DNA from: an uncultured virus (IMG/VR IMGVR_UViG_3300044712_001838)
Lineage: Duplodnaviria > Heunggongvirae > Uroviricota > Caudoviricetes
DNA: 64,000 bases
Reading direction: 5' to 3' (one strand)
IMG/VR virus record: IMGVR_UViG_3300044712_001838
Made by a program: the position numbers and the translations under genes
In this document: positions 1-9,105 of the stretch, in pieces
Position numbering within the stretch: position 1 is the first letter of the stretch
Layout: each line of letters starts with the position of its first letter
Notes under the pieces: generated by a model
The model's database searches: none
What the model was told of the DNA's origin: nothing
What the model saw: the letters and a program-made list of their open reading frames with translations, nothing else

Positions 1-5
1 CGCCA

Positions 6-620
6 ATGCCGATTTGTGCCGAAGCAATCATGAGCTACGGCGGGCGCGTCTACGTCAAGCAAGGCATCAGCTTGAGCGAAGTAGAACTGCTGGAAGCTGG
101 CGGCTCGCAAGTCTTTGCAGGCTCGACGACTGTTTGCCCTGTCTTGCAGCACGCTACACGGCTGTTCGATGGAGTCGTCGTCCAGGACGTTTTTGGCTCG
201 TGTTATGCCAACGTCTTCCCGCAGAGCAAGACATGCCTTCAGTACCACATCAAGGAACTGGACGGTGCAAAAATTATTGACGCCAAGTATGACAATGGCG
301 TTATGATGTTCGTCGCCTTCCAGGGCGGGAAGTACAACAAATACATCGTCCGGACGGCGAGTGATCTTTCTTACGATTTAAGAGTTGAAAAAGACGTCGG
401 ACCTGTTACCTTAAACTTCGTGACGCTGCCGAATGGAGTCTGCGTTCACCTTAACGAGAAGGAAGAGATTGAAATCTTCACCAACAATCTCAAATCTTCT
501 TCCGTGAAGGTCTACGATGACCCCGCGCTCGAAAGCGACATGCGGCTATCTCGGGACGGGACTCAGGTTCTGTTCGCCAAGGGAAACGAGTTGCACAGCA
601 TTGAAGTTAAGCGTCCGTAA
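6..620 (+). CDS. hypothetical protein, probably the C-terminal part of a gene starting before the window
   Basis: Open frame from the window edge, beta-rich, ends TAA just before the PspA RBS. Confidence 0.7.
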   Translation: MPICAEAIMSYGGRVYVKQGISLSEVELLEAGGSQVFAGSTTVCPVLQHATRLFDGVVVQDVFGSCYANVFPQSKTCLQYHIKELDGAKIIDAKYDNGVMMFVAFQGGKYNKYIVRTASDLSYDLRVEKDVGPVTLNFVTLPNGVCVHLNEKEEIEIFTNNLKSSSVKVYDDPALESDMRLSRDGTQVLFAKGNELHSIEVKRP

Positions 621-655
621 CATTGTGTCGTAATCGATTAAGGAGGGAAGTAAAA

Positions 656-1399
656 ATGTGGGCACGTCTTAAACGGATTTTCCGTTCCATCGTTGGCGCA
701 TTCATCACCTTGGGCGAAAACCCCAAGCTGATTCTCGAACAGAACATGCGCGACATGCAGGACAAAGTTCCGGAAATGAACACTGGAATCGCCAAAGCGC
801 GCGGCGGCATCATCCGTTTGGAGAAGGAAATCTCGGATTACAAGTCGGAGATTTCCAGGCTGACGGCGAAGATCAAGGCGTGCTTGCTAAGTCGCGAAGA
901 AGGCATGGCTGCCGACTTCGCCGTCCGGTTGAAGGGCTTGCAAGAGGCGGTTGCCCGCGACGAGGAACAGCTTCACGCCGCTCAGGCTGGCTACGACGCG
1001 CTCCTTAAGTTGAAGGAACGCTACATGCGCGAGATGAAAGCCAAGACTGAAGAGGCTATGCAGGCGATCAAGGACGCCGAGGCTGCGAAATGGAAAAGCG
1101 ACCTTGCGGACGTGTTCCAGAGCTTTGAGGTTGCTGGCGTCGATGCGACCCATAGCGAGATGATCGAGAAGCTGAAGGAAAAGTCGGCGACAGCCGAGGG
1201 CAAGATTGCCGCCGCTGTCGAGAGTATCGACATGAAGGCTATCGAGATGGAAGAGAAGGCGAAGGTCCTTGAAGGGCAGGAACTGCTCAAACAGTTCAAG
1301 CTCGACTTGGGCATGGAAACATCCGCTCCGGCGTCTACCGCACCCTTGGCTGCCGAACCTGCGAAGACAGTCGGGGCGGTAGAAAAGGTCGCCGTCTAA
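656..1399 (+). CDS. pspA: PspA/IM30 family protein
   Basis: Amphipathic N-terminus MWARLKRIFRS, ENPKLILEQNMRDMQ motif, long coiled coil; AGGAGG RBS before ATG 656. Confidence 0.8.
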   Translation: MWARLKRIFRSIVGAFITLGENPKLILEQNMRDMQDKVPEMNTGIAKARGGIIRLEKEISDYKSEISRLTAKIKACLLSREEGMAADFAVRLKGLQEAVARDEEQLHAAQAGYDALLKLKERYMREMKAKTEEAMQAIKDAEAAKWKSDLADVFQSFEVAGVDATHSEMIEKLKEKSATAEGKIAAAVESIDMKAIEMEEKAKVLEGQELLKQFKLDLGMETSAPASTAPLAAEPAKTVGAVEKVAV

Positions 1400-1407
1400 G
1401 GAATACC

Positions 1408-1635
1408 ATGACAGAGCTTGAAGTTTACCACAGCAAGCGTAGTGCAGCGATTTTCTTCGGGGTTCTTGCGGGCATTTCGGCGGTCTTTGCAGCCTTGATG
1501 CCCGCGCCAACCCTGGCGGGAGTAGCTTTTGGAGTTGTACTGTACAATTGGGCGAAGGCAGAACACGCTGAATCGAACATTCGCGCGATTCTGGCAAAAA
1601 CAGGGAGGACCGACGATGGCAAAGCGGCGGACTAA
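1408..1635 (+). CDS. small two-TM membrane protein
   Basis: Two hydrophobic segments; directly follows pspA. Confidence 0.7.
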   Translation: MTELEVYHSKRSAAIFFGVLAGISAVFAALMPAPTLAGVAFGVVLYNWAKAEHAESNIRAILAKTGRTDDGKAAD

Positions 1636-1903
1636 GCGGCTCGAAGAAGACGAGGAACTCGAAGAAGAGAAAGAAGTCGAGCAGGAAGAGGACGCGGAAG
1701 AGGAAGAAGAGGACCTCGACGACGAGGAAGAAGACGAAGACTTCGACGATATCGACGATGACGAAGACTTCCTTGACGACGATGAAGACTTGGACGATGA
1801 CGAAGACCTCGACGAGGACGACGAAGAAGACGAAGACCTCGATGACGACGATGATTTCGTCGAGGACGACGATGACGAGGATGACGACTTCGACGACGAA
1901 TAA
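1616..1903 (+). CDS. extremely acidic protein with basic N-terminus
   Basis: GGGAGG RBS; MAKRRTKRL then mostly D/E with interspersed L/F. Confidence 0.8.
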   Translation: MAKRRTKRLEEDEELEEEKEVEQEEDAEEEEEDLDDEEEDEDFDDIDDDEDFLDDDEDLDDDEDLDEDDEEDEDLDDDDDFVEDDDDEDDDFDDE

Positions 1904-1918
1904 ATTCTAAATTTCCGC

Positions 1919-1946
1919 TTCACTTTCACTCAACATCGAGTATAGT
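1919..1946 (+). promoter_or_regulatory. sigma70-like promoter
   Basis: TTCACT-N16-TATAGT. Confidence 0.5.
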
Positions 1947-1960
1947 TTAAGAGCCGGCAA

Positions 1961-2039
1961 AGCGGTCGCCTGCATAGTAGACAGACGGAGTCCCTGGAAA
2001 CCCCTCCTCCACATCCGTCAATCTAGTGCAGGCGACCGC
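1961..2039 (+). ncRNA. long hairpin (leader or small RNA candidate)
   Basis: Perfect 13-bp arms GCGGTCGCCTGCA/TGCAGGCGACCGC plus inner GACGGA/TCCGTC stem, just after a promoter. Confidence 0.5.
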
Positions 2040-2059
2040 ACATTTTCTTTGGAGTCGCC

Positions 2060-2608
2060 ATGTTGCGTTTCTTCTCGATTATCGTCTTCCTGATCTTCGC
2101 TGGATTCCTTTTTCATTACGAGCCGTCCGTCGCCCATTGGGTCTCGCAGTCGAGCGACAACCTTGGCTTTTTTGCCGTCGCCGTCCTGATCGGAATCGGA
2201 TTGATCGTGAATTCCAGCATGGATGAGCAACGCGTCGTTACGGTTCGCGAAGAACCAAAACCCGAAGAAGAACCCGAAGAAGAAGAAGAAGAAGAAGAGC
2301 AGGAAGAAGAGGAAGAGGAAGAGGAAGAGTGCAGAGAATGCGAGCTTTGCGATGAAGAGCTTCAAAAGTGGGAAACGGGCTGTTTGTGCGCAAAATGCCA
2401 GCAACAGATGGATCATTTTTACCACAGAAGCCACTACCCTCCGGTAGGAACGGTATACGCCAAAGACTGGTGCGAACTTTGTGAAGAAGAATTGCAACAA
2501 TGGGACCATAACGGATTGTGTTCTTCTTGCAAAGCGAAAGTCAGCCATTACCGCACGGAAACAGGTTTGGAAACCGCCCCCAAATGCTTGAGATCGACTA
2601 CAACATGA
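2060..2608 (+). CDS. membrane-anchored protein with acidic linker and duplicated Cys-rich (Zn-binding) repeat
   Basis: Two TM segments, poly-E run, CELCDEELQKW...LCAKC and CELCEEELQQW...LCSSC. Confidence 0.75.
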   Translation: MLRFFSIIVFLIFAGFLFHYEPSVAHWVSQSSDNLGFFAVAVLIGIGLIVNSSMDEQRVVTVREEPKPEEEPEEEEEEEEQEEEEEEEEECRECELCDEELQKWETGCLCAKCQQQMDHFYHRSHYPPVGTVYAKDWCELCEEELQQWDHNGLCSSCKAKVSHYRTETGLETAPKCLRSTTT

Positions 2609-2901
2609 TTACCATCAAATGCTGCGGTTTAAGGCTCGACATCTATCCTTTGGGCGCATTCTTGGGAGCCGTCGCCATCTGCGCCTTGCTTTGTCTTGGA
2701 GCTTGCTCAAACAACTCTTCTGAACCGTACCCAACGGAGTCGGTAGCCGCAGCCAGACGGGAGTTCTTGAAGAGGGTTCCTGTTCAAACCGAAGGCATTA
2801 TCCCGACGCCTCCGGAAGCCCAAGAAGAGCCGGAGGCGATCTCTAGCTCGCTTTGCCCGCACTGCGGGAAGTCTATCGAAATCAGAGTACGAAAGAAATG
2901 A
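2605..2901 (+). CDS. membrane/lipoprotein-like protein with C-terminal CPHC motif
   Basis: Hydrophobic stretch ending LGAC; CPHCGK near C-terminus; overlaps neighbours by ATGA. Confidence 0.65.
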   Translation: MITIKCCGLRLDIYPLGAFLGAVAICALLCLGACSNNSSEPYPTESVAAARREFLKRVPVQTEGIIPTPPEAQEEPEAISSSLCPHCGKSIEIRVRKK

Positions 2902-4484
2902 TCATCATCAATGCCGCAACTCTCCAAAAGTTCAGCCTAAACCCTGAAGAGCAAAAGATTTGTACTACCTTGCTGGCTGCGAACAGCCTTTACGGGTTGA
3001 ACACGACCTTTCGGATTGCCGGAGGGTTCGTGCGCGACAGGCTTTTGGGTATCGAGTCCGACGACCTGGACATCGCTCTGGACAACCTGACTGGTCGTCA
3101 ACTCTACCAGTACCTCGCGCAAATGGGTGAGGCGTACGGCATTGGTAAGAGCTACACTGTCGACGCCAATGTCGAAAAGAGCAAGCATCTTGAGACGGTC
3201 GCCGTCGAGATTTATGGTCGTAAGATCGATTTCGTCAATCTCCGGTCGGAATCGTACGGGGATTCTCGTGTCCCGACCATGGAGATGGGTACTCCGCAAA
3301 TCGACGCAGAAAGACGCGATCTGACGATCAATGCCCTGTTCTTCAACATCAACACGGGTCAGGTCGAGGATTACGTCGGCGGCATGAAAGACCTTCAAGC
3401 GATGGTCCTGCGCACTCCGCTGGACCCGAAGAAGACTTTCATGGACGATCCGTTGCGCATGTTGAGGGTCATTAGGTTCTTCAGCCGTTACCCTGAGGCG
3501 ACTATCGACCCGTCGTTGATTCAGACCATGAGCTTGCCGGAAGTTCAGCAAGCCTACATGAGCAAGGTATCGTCAGAGCGCGCTGGTCCCGAGATCATCA
3601 AGATGCTCTCGGGCGCGAAGCCAGCAGACGCTTTGGAAGTCCTGTTCTCGACGGGGATGGACAAAGCCGCCTTCAATGTGCCGGAAATGCAAGGCATTGA
3701 CTTGCGAATGGACCAACGCAACAAGCATCACAGATACACGTTGCTTGACCATACGTTGCGGGTAGTTCGCAACCTGCATCAGTTGCTGGTCAAGGATAAC
3801 GTCCCCAAGGATTTGCGGGTAAAGATGCTCTTGGCGGCATTGTTCCATGACTATGGCAAGGCGTATCCTGGCGTCGGGCGACCAAAAGCCAAGGACCCGA
3901 CTCAGTATTCGTACATCGGGCACGAAGACAAGTCTGTCGAACTTGCGGAGTCGATCATGAAGTCGATCTCGATTCCTGACAACGACAGGCGTTTCGTTGC
4001 CAAGGTCATTTCGTTGCACATGAAACCGCATCTGTACGATTGGAACCCGAAGCAGATCGGGCGGTTCATGCGAGACTCGCAAATTCCTGGTCAAGACTCA
4101 GATGACGTTTGGCGGTTTGTTATGTTGCACTCAATCGCCGACCAAATGTCGTCCGACGAGACGAATCCAGAGAATGTACGCGGTGTTGAACAGAAATGGC
4201 GCGACATTGAGAAGATCAATTCGTTCAAGGCGCGACCAGGACCGTCGCTCCAGAAGTCGATCCTTGATGGCAACGTCATTAAGAACTTCTTCCCGATGCT
4301 GAAGCAAGAGTCTGGCTTCATTCGCGAGGTCCAGCAGATGCTTCTGGACGCGCAAGCGGAAGGGACGGTTGTAGACGCCCCGAGCGCGATACAGTACGTA
4401 AAGTCAATCGAAAACGCCATTAACCAAAAGTACAGGAACGGTAATCCGGAGTTCAAAAAACCAAATGGAAATGCGCAAGGTTAG
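2898..4484 (+). CDS. cca: CCA-adding tRNA nucleotidyltransferase (class II NTase) with HD domain
   Basis: AGGFVRDRLLG-x-DDLD, RRDLTINALF, DDPLRMLRVIRF, then H...LFHDYGK HD motif. Confidence 0.9.
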   Translation: MIIINAATLQKFSLNPEEQKICTTLLAANSLYGLNTTFRIAGGFVRDRLLGIESDDLDIALDNLTGRQLYQYLAQMGEAYGIGKSYTVDANVEKSKHLETVAVEIYGRKIDFVNLRSESYGDSRVPTMEMGTPQIDAERRDLTINALFFNINTGQVEDYVGGMKDLQAMVLRTPLDPKKTFMDDPLRMLRVIRFFSRYPEATIDPSLIQTMSLPEVQQAYMSKVSSERAGPEIIKMLSGAKPADALEVLFSTGMDKAAFNVPEMQGIDLRMDQRNKHHRYTLLDHTLRVVRNLHQLLVKDNVPKDLRVKMLLAALFHDYGKAYPGVGRPKAKDPTQYSYIGHEDKSVELAESIMKSISIPDNDRRFVAKVISLHMKPHLYDWNPKQIGRFMRDSQIPGQDSDDVWRFVMLHSIADQMSSDETNPENVRGVEQKWRDIEKINSFKARPGPSLQKSILDGNVIKNFFPMLKQESGFIREVQQMLLDAQAEGTVVDAPSAIQYVKSIENAINQKYRNGNPEFKKPNGNAQG

Positions 4485-4659
4485 TGCGAAGTTTGCCGGA
4501 ACGGTTTCGGGTTTCGCAAGTCCAGAGGAGACAGACGAGCAAGCGATTGCTCGTCTTCTTCTGGACGCGGAAATGTCGGTGAATAAAGAACAGCGCGTTC
4601 GGCTACATCTTGAATGCGACGACTTGAAAATGGTCGATATCCCGAAACTGAAACTTTAG
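4465..4659 (+). CDS. hypothetical protein
   Basis: Overlaps end of cca, protein-like composition. Confidence 0.55.
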   Translation: MEMRKVSAKFAGTVSGFASPEETDEQAIARLLLDAEMSVNKEQRVRLHLECDDLKMVDIPKLKL

Positions 4660-5042
4660 TATTCCCAAAGACACGGCTCCGGATCGACCTCTTGCTTCTT
4701 GATAGACTTCGGCTTGATGTCAATAGCAAGACGGACAAACAACCGCGTTGAATCTTTGTGCTTGCACTCGGCAAACTCAAGTTCCATGAGCGATCGCGCG
4801 AAGGATATCTGAATTGGAGACAGGTGAGTTCTTTCGAGGATGCGTGGCAGCGCGAACCATTCTCCTGTCGCCAAGAAGGTCCGCAAGGTCTTGTCGATTT
4901 CGTCAATTTCGGCTATCCTGGCGTCAAGCTTCTGAATCAATGCTTGCCGACGTTGGGCGCGTTGTCCTGTCGCATACGCCAACGAATCTTGCGCGACCTT
5001 GCGCAGAGCAACCAACCGTTCACGCCCACTTTTGTTCGCCAT
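4656..5042 (-). CDS. hypothetical protein
   Basis: GGAGG RBS on minus strand; helical N-terminus. Confidence 0.7.
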   Translation of the reverse strand: MANKSGRERLVALRKVAQDSLAYATGQRAQRRQALIQKLDARIAEIDEIDKTLRTFLATGEWFALPRILERTHLSPIQISFARSLMELEFAECKHKDSTRLFVRLAIDIKPKSIKKQEVDPEPCLWEY

Positions 5043-5154
5043 TCAAAACCTCCTCGTTGCCTGTCAACATCATACAGGGCAGTAGAAAATGTACAGTGGA
5101 TAACCCTAAGCACTTACAACTTTGAAGACGCCGTATAACAAATTCGGAGGATTT

Positions 5155-5301
5155 ATGAAGAAGACAATCTTTTGGGTCGGTGCCGGGGCTGTAATTTTCA
5201 TGCTGGCGTTGGCTCCGTTTCCTTTCAACTTGGTCATTGGCATATCAACATTTTTGGGCGGTTGGTACGGATGGAAGCTTAACGAATGGATGTCAAAATG
5301 A
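5155..5301 (+). CDS. small membrane protein (48 aa, not in ORF track)
   Basis: GGAGG RBS; MKKTIFWVGAGAVIFMLALAPF...; stop overlaps next ATG. Confidence 0.7.
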   Translation: MKKTIFWVGAGAVIFMLALAPFPFNLVIGISTFLGGWYGWKLNEWMSK

Positions 5302-6248
5302 AGAAAGCCAAAAAAGTAAAGACCTACCCTGTCCCAAAGGAAGTCTCCGAGAAGGCGACCGCCCTCGGCGTCGAGATCGAATGGGACCAGTACAACCGCA
5401 ATATCCGCAGAATCAAGCTGAACTTCAAGCCTGAAGTTTGGGCTGATTTGGCAAACGGCGACGGCGAACTTTTGCAACGCTGCTGTTCTACGATTAGTGC
5501 CATCCGCGACGAATTCATCGGTGCGATGAGAGAAGACGGATGGATGGACGCCGACGACATTCTTGCGATTGCCCAATGTAAGTCGCCGTCGCATTCGTTC
5601 CCGCCAGACCATCCCGTCGGGATCGTGAATGCTCTATATGCCGCGTTCGAGAAGCACCTTGGGGTTTTTCGACGGCATTTGCGAACATTCAATCTTGAAG
5701 ATCCAGAAGACATGTGCATGGTCGCCGGCATGAGCAAGGTTGTACATTTTTGCAGCGAACACGCTTTCAATCAGCACGTATCGAATTGGGGAAAAGAAAC
5801 GACCGATTGCGCGCAGCACAACATCGAACTTTTCCATTTGATTCCGGTTGTAAAATGCATTGCCGCCAAGATGCAGTCTTTCGGCTTTCCTCCAGTTGAA
5901 GGATACGCTATCGTCCGCAAAGCCGACAACAACATTTGCGAGCTTCGGCGCGGGCTTGCCGTCTTCCCAACCAAAGAACAGGCGGAGGGAATTATCCAAC
6001 TCTGGCTCAAGAATCCAGAGGTCAAGCCGGACACACTTGAAGTCCGACCAGTCCGGGTATCATGGGAGAAAGGGATCGAGTTCATCGGTCAGGTTGAAGT
6101 CCCATTCAAACCGTTTGTTCCTATTCCGGACGAGGATAAGCACGCAGTTTTTGACGCGCTTGAGGAACTGGAACGGAAAGTCAAGGATGATCGGACCAAA
6201 GTGATCATCGAGAACGCAAGAACACAAATTCTGGATATCTCCGAATGA
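5298..6248 (+). CDS. hypothetical protein
   Basis: Long ORF coupled to neighbours by ATGA overlaps. Confidence 0.8.
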   Translation: MKKAKKVKTYPVPKEVSEKATALGVEIEWDQYNRNIRRIKLNFKPEVWADLANGDGELLQRCCSTISAIRDEFIGAMREDGWMDADDILAIAQCKSPSHSFPPDHPVGIVNALYAAFEKHLGVFRRHLRTFNLEDPEDMCMVAGMSKVVHFCSEHAFNQHVSNWGKETTDCAQHNIELFHLIPVVKCIAAKMQSFGFPPVEGYAIVRKADNNICELRRGLAVFPTKEQAEGIIQLWLKNPEVKPDTLEVRPVRVSWEKGIEFIGQVEVPFKPFVPIPDEDKHAVFDALEELERKVKDDRTKVIIENARTQILDISE

Positions 6249-6601
6249 AACGTGTAGATGCCGCATTGCTCAAAGTTGAAATCGAAAACGGGGAGATTCG
6301 CTTCTCGGCGAAACCGACAATCGAAATGCAGACGTCTTGCATCAGGTATAAACAACTGCGAGCCGCCGATCCTGAATGGATGGATAAAGGCAACATCTTC
6401 GAGGACCCCTACTTCGGCATATTCCGCAAATTCGAGAAGATGCCCAACGGCGAGGAAAAGATCGCCCAAGTCGAACGCGGCGAATACATTCGACTGAGTC
6501 CGTCGCAATGCATGGTTCTGAACGGTCAACTGTTCGTTAGCGAACCCGACGATGTTCCGCCAACTGCACGCAAGATGGCGACCGTCTGGAGCGATGAATG
6601 A
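6245..6601 (+). CDS. hypothetical protein
   Basis: ATGA coupling both sides. Confidence 0.7.
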   Translation: MKRVDAALLKVEIENGEIRFSAKPTIEMQTSCIRYKQLRAADPEWMDKGNIFEDPYFGIFRKFEKMPNGEEKIAQVERGEYIRLSPSQCMVLNGQLFVSEPDDVPPTARKMATVWSDE

Positions 6602-6921
6602 GACGCTATCACGGTCGCCTGAAACGGAACAAGGCGGTCCGACGTTACAATCGCAGGCTCGCCAAAAAAGATACTTCCTGCATTCCGGAAGGCATCTATT
6701 GCTATACGCTCTTGCAAGACCCGCAAATCAAACCAGGATTGATCATGCCGATCAAGCCCTGTCCATACTGGTCGTACAACAAAAAACAACACCCTCAAGA
6801 TTGCGGTTACTGTAAGTATCTTGAAGCAGGTGATTGGTTCCCGAGAGGAAGCGTGCCGGAGGCTACAAGCTTGCTTTGGGATATGTGCAAAGGGTGTTCC
6901 GTTAATTGGGGTCCCGATTGA
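6598..6921 (+). CDS. Cys-rich hypothetical protein
   Basis: IPEGIYCY, CPYW, GYCKYL, WDMCKGC. Confidence 0.7.
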   Translation: MRRYHGRLKRNKAVRRYNRRLAKKDTSCIPEGIYCYTLLQDPQIKPGLIMPIKPCPYWSYNKKQHPQDCGYCKYLEAGDWFPRGSVPEATSLLWDMCKGCSVNWGPD

Positions 6922-6923
6922 GC

Positions 6924-6952
6924 TTGACAACCCTGCCCGCGTGAAGTACATT
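6924..6952 (+). promoter_or_regulatory. sigma70-like promoter
   Basis: TTGACA-N17-TACATT upstream of coaB RBS. Confidence 0.65.
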
Positions 6953-6974
6953 ACAGGTGAAGGAGGGTACATCT

Positions 6975-7772
6975 ATGAAAACCATGAAAAACATCCTCGT
7001 TACAAGTGGAGGAACCAAGGTTCCTGTTGACCGTGTCCGTCATCTCGGCAACATGTCGAACGGCACGTTCGGCGCGAAGATCGCCCGCGCGCTGTTGTAC
7101 GAGTTCGCAGGCGAGCTTGACAACCTGACCTATTTTCATACGAAACGTTCCGAAACCCCATTTGGGATGAAGATCGATTTCGCAGAACCAAATTTCTCAA
7201 TGCAAAAGGCGTTAGCTGAGATGGGGCGCCTGCACGACATGCACGAGCAGTTCCGCGACAGATACTTTCAATCGTCATTCAAAACCTTTGAAGAATACGA
7301 TAAGGGAATGACGCGGATGCTCGAATCATGCAGATGGGACGTAATTTTGCTCGCCTGCGCGGCAAGCGACTACCTCGTCGCCAACTACGTCGACGGCAAG
7401 ATCCGCTCCAAGGACGCTTTGAAGATCGAATTGACCCCTGCGCCCAAGATCATCTCCCGTGTCCGCGCAGCGCAACCGAACGCTGTCATTGTCGGCTTCA
7501 AGCTCTTGGTCGACTCCGAGGACGCCGCCCTCGTCAAAGCCGCTCAAGAAAGCGCGCAGAAGAACGGGTGCGACTTCGTCGTCAGTAACGACCTTCGCGA
7601 CATCGAAGCCGACGAACATCGTCTATTGATCGTCGACAAGGACGGACTGTTCGAGGAATTCAAGACCGATCACGGCAATCCGGAACATTTGGCTCAAATG
7701 GTCGCAGCACTGGCTGGAGTTTGCACCTTGTCGGGAGACAGAAGCCTGCGCGATCCGGAGGACAAAGAATGA
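6975..7772 (+). CDS. coaB: phosphopantothenate--cysteine ligase
   Basis: ILVTSGGT-x-VPVDRVRHLGNMSNGTFG, CAASDY, VGFKLL, VVSNDL. Confidence 0.85.
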   Translation: MKTMKNILVTSGGTKVPVDRVRHLGNMSNGTFGAKIARALLYEFAGELDNLTYFHTKRSETPFGMKIDFAEPNFSMQKALAEMGRLHDMHEQFRDRYFQSSFKTFEEYDKGMTRMLESCRWDVILLACAASDYLVANYVDGKIRSKDALKIELTPAPKIISRVRAAQPNAVIVGFKLLVDSEDAALVKAAQESAQKNGCDFVVSNDLRDIEADEHRLLIVDKDGLFEEFKTDHGNPEHLAQMVAALAGVCTLSGDRSLRDPEDKE

Positions 7773-8932
7773 GAAAGCCGAAAATCCTCCTTGGTTTGAC
7801 GGGGTCCGTCGCAACCGTTCTTGCCCCGAAAATTGTCAAAGCCCTTCAAGAGATTGGCGAGGTCTCTGTCGTTGTCACGGAGAAAGCCGAACACTTTATC
7901 GATGGCGACAGTTGGGCATCTTTGTTTGCCGCGCTGCCGAACTCGCCGGAGCGTTTTCCGCACATTTTTACAGAAGCTAATGAGTGGAATTTCTCGGCTG
8001 TTGGTCGCCAGATATGGGCGAAAAACGATCCCGTCCTGCACATTGACCTTCGGGAATGGGCAGACGTTCTCGTCGTTGCTCCCTTGACCGCAAACACGTT
8101 GGCCAAGTTCGCGAATGGCATTTGCGATACACTCTTGACCAGTACCTTCCGCGCTTGGGACAAGAAGAAGCCAATTGTCCTTGCTCCGGCGATGAATACG
8201 GAGATGTACGTCCATCCGCTTACGATCAAGCATTTGTCGGAAATCCGGAGATGGTATTCTGCTGGCATTTGCGACAACAGCAAAGTAGTCTATCCCGTCT
8301 CTAAGAAACTGGCTTGCGGAACTGAAGGATTAGGAGCCTTAGCCCCGATTGAAGACATCGTAAAGGCGACCAAGGAAGCTTTGAAATGGTCATTCCCCTT
8401 AGGTTTGTGCCCCGGAGTTCCGGTAACGCCTCATCCTGGCGCATTTGGATATCGTCGGCGCAATTCTTTCCATACGGGTGTTGATCTGTATACTCGTCCA
8501 TGGCAAAATGTCTACACTGTCGAACCTGGCATTGTTGTCGGCATCGAACCGTTTACCGGACCTTGGGATAACTCTCCGCATTACAACAATACCTCCTGCG
8601 TTTTGGTCGAGGGGCGAACCGGCGTTGTCTGCTACGGGGAAATCAAACCGGATTCCGATATGGTCGTCGGGAGGAAAGTCGCCAGAGGAGTACTTGTTGG
8701 TAGGGTAGAGCAAGTTTTGCCGGATGGCCGAGAGCGTCCGGACATTCCGGGCCATTCCAAGTCAATGCTTCATTTGGAGTTGTATACGTACGGTCGAACG
8801 AAGGCTTCGACTTCTTGGAAGCATGACGCTCCGCAGCACGACTACTTGTTGGACCCAACACCATTTTTGCTCGATGCGGTCAGTGCTCCGGAGACCCACC
8901 TGACTTGGACGCCAGCCGAGGAGAAACAGTAG
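7769..8932 (+). CDS. coaC: phosphopantothenoylcysteine decarboxylase (HFCD flavoprotein) fused to a C-terminal M23-like peptidase domain
   Basis: ILLGLTGSVA, LHIDLREWADVLVVAPLTANTLAK, PAMNTEM, LACG; C-terminal HTGVDLY ... MLHLELY. Confidence 0.85.
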   Translation: MRKPKILLGLTGSVATVLAPKIVKALQEIGEVSVVVTEKAEHFIDGDSWASLFAALPNSPERFPHIFTEANEWNFSAVGRQIWAKNDPVLHIDLREWADVLVVAPLTANTLAKFANGICDTLLTSTFRAWDKKKPIVLAPAMNTEMYVHPLTIKHLSEIRRWYSAGICDNSKVVYPVSKKLACGTEGLGALAPIEDIVKATKEALKWSFPLGLCPGVPVTPHPGAFGYRRRNSFHTGVDLYTRPWQNVYTVEPGIVVGIEPFTGPWDNSPHYNNTSCVLVEGRTGVVCYGEIKPDSDMVVGRKVARGVLVGRVEQVLPDGRERPDIPGHSKSMLHLELYTYGRTKASTSWKHDAPQHDYLLDPTPFLLDAVSAPETHLTWTPAEEKQ

Positions 8933-8933
8933 C

Positions 8934-9104
8934 ATGGATTCGAAGTTTACCATAATGCCGCGCGGGTACGTCGAGATGATCGTAGCGTACTTCAACGATC
9001 ATCCCGAGCGGAACGAATGCAAAGTCGGCATCAGTGGCGTCCCCTGTTTCGTCGTCAAGCGAGAAGATTTGCCAAAGCTCGTAGAGTCGCTAAAGGAACC
9101 GTAG
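8934..9104 (+). CDS. hypothetical protein (56 aa, not in ORF track)
   Basis: MDSKFTIMPRGYVEMIVAYF...; fills the gap between flanking genes exactly. Confidence 0.6.
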   Translation: MDSKFTIMPRGYVEMIVAYFNDHPERNECKVGISGVPCFVVKREDLPKLVESLKEP

Positions 9105-9105
9105 T

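Noticed and set aside
1396..1929. Poly-Ser ORF on the minus strand and other long antisense ORFs (887-1597, 2937-3551, 26118-26927, 44637-45455, 52104-53120, 63349-63960)
   Set aside because: Shadows of well-supported plus-strand genes; no RBS and implausible composition.
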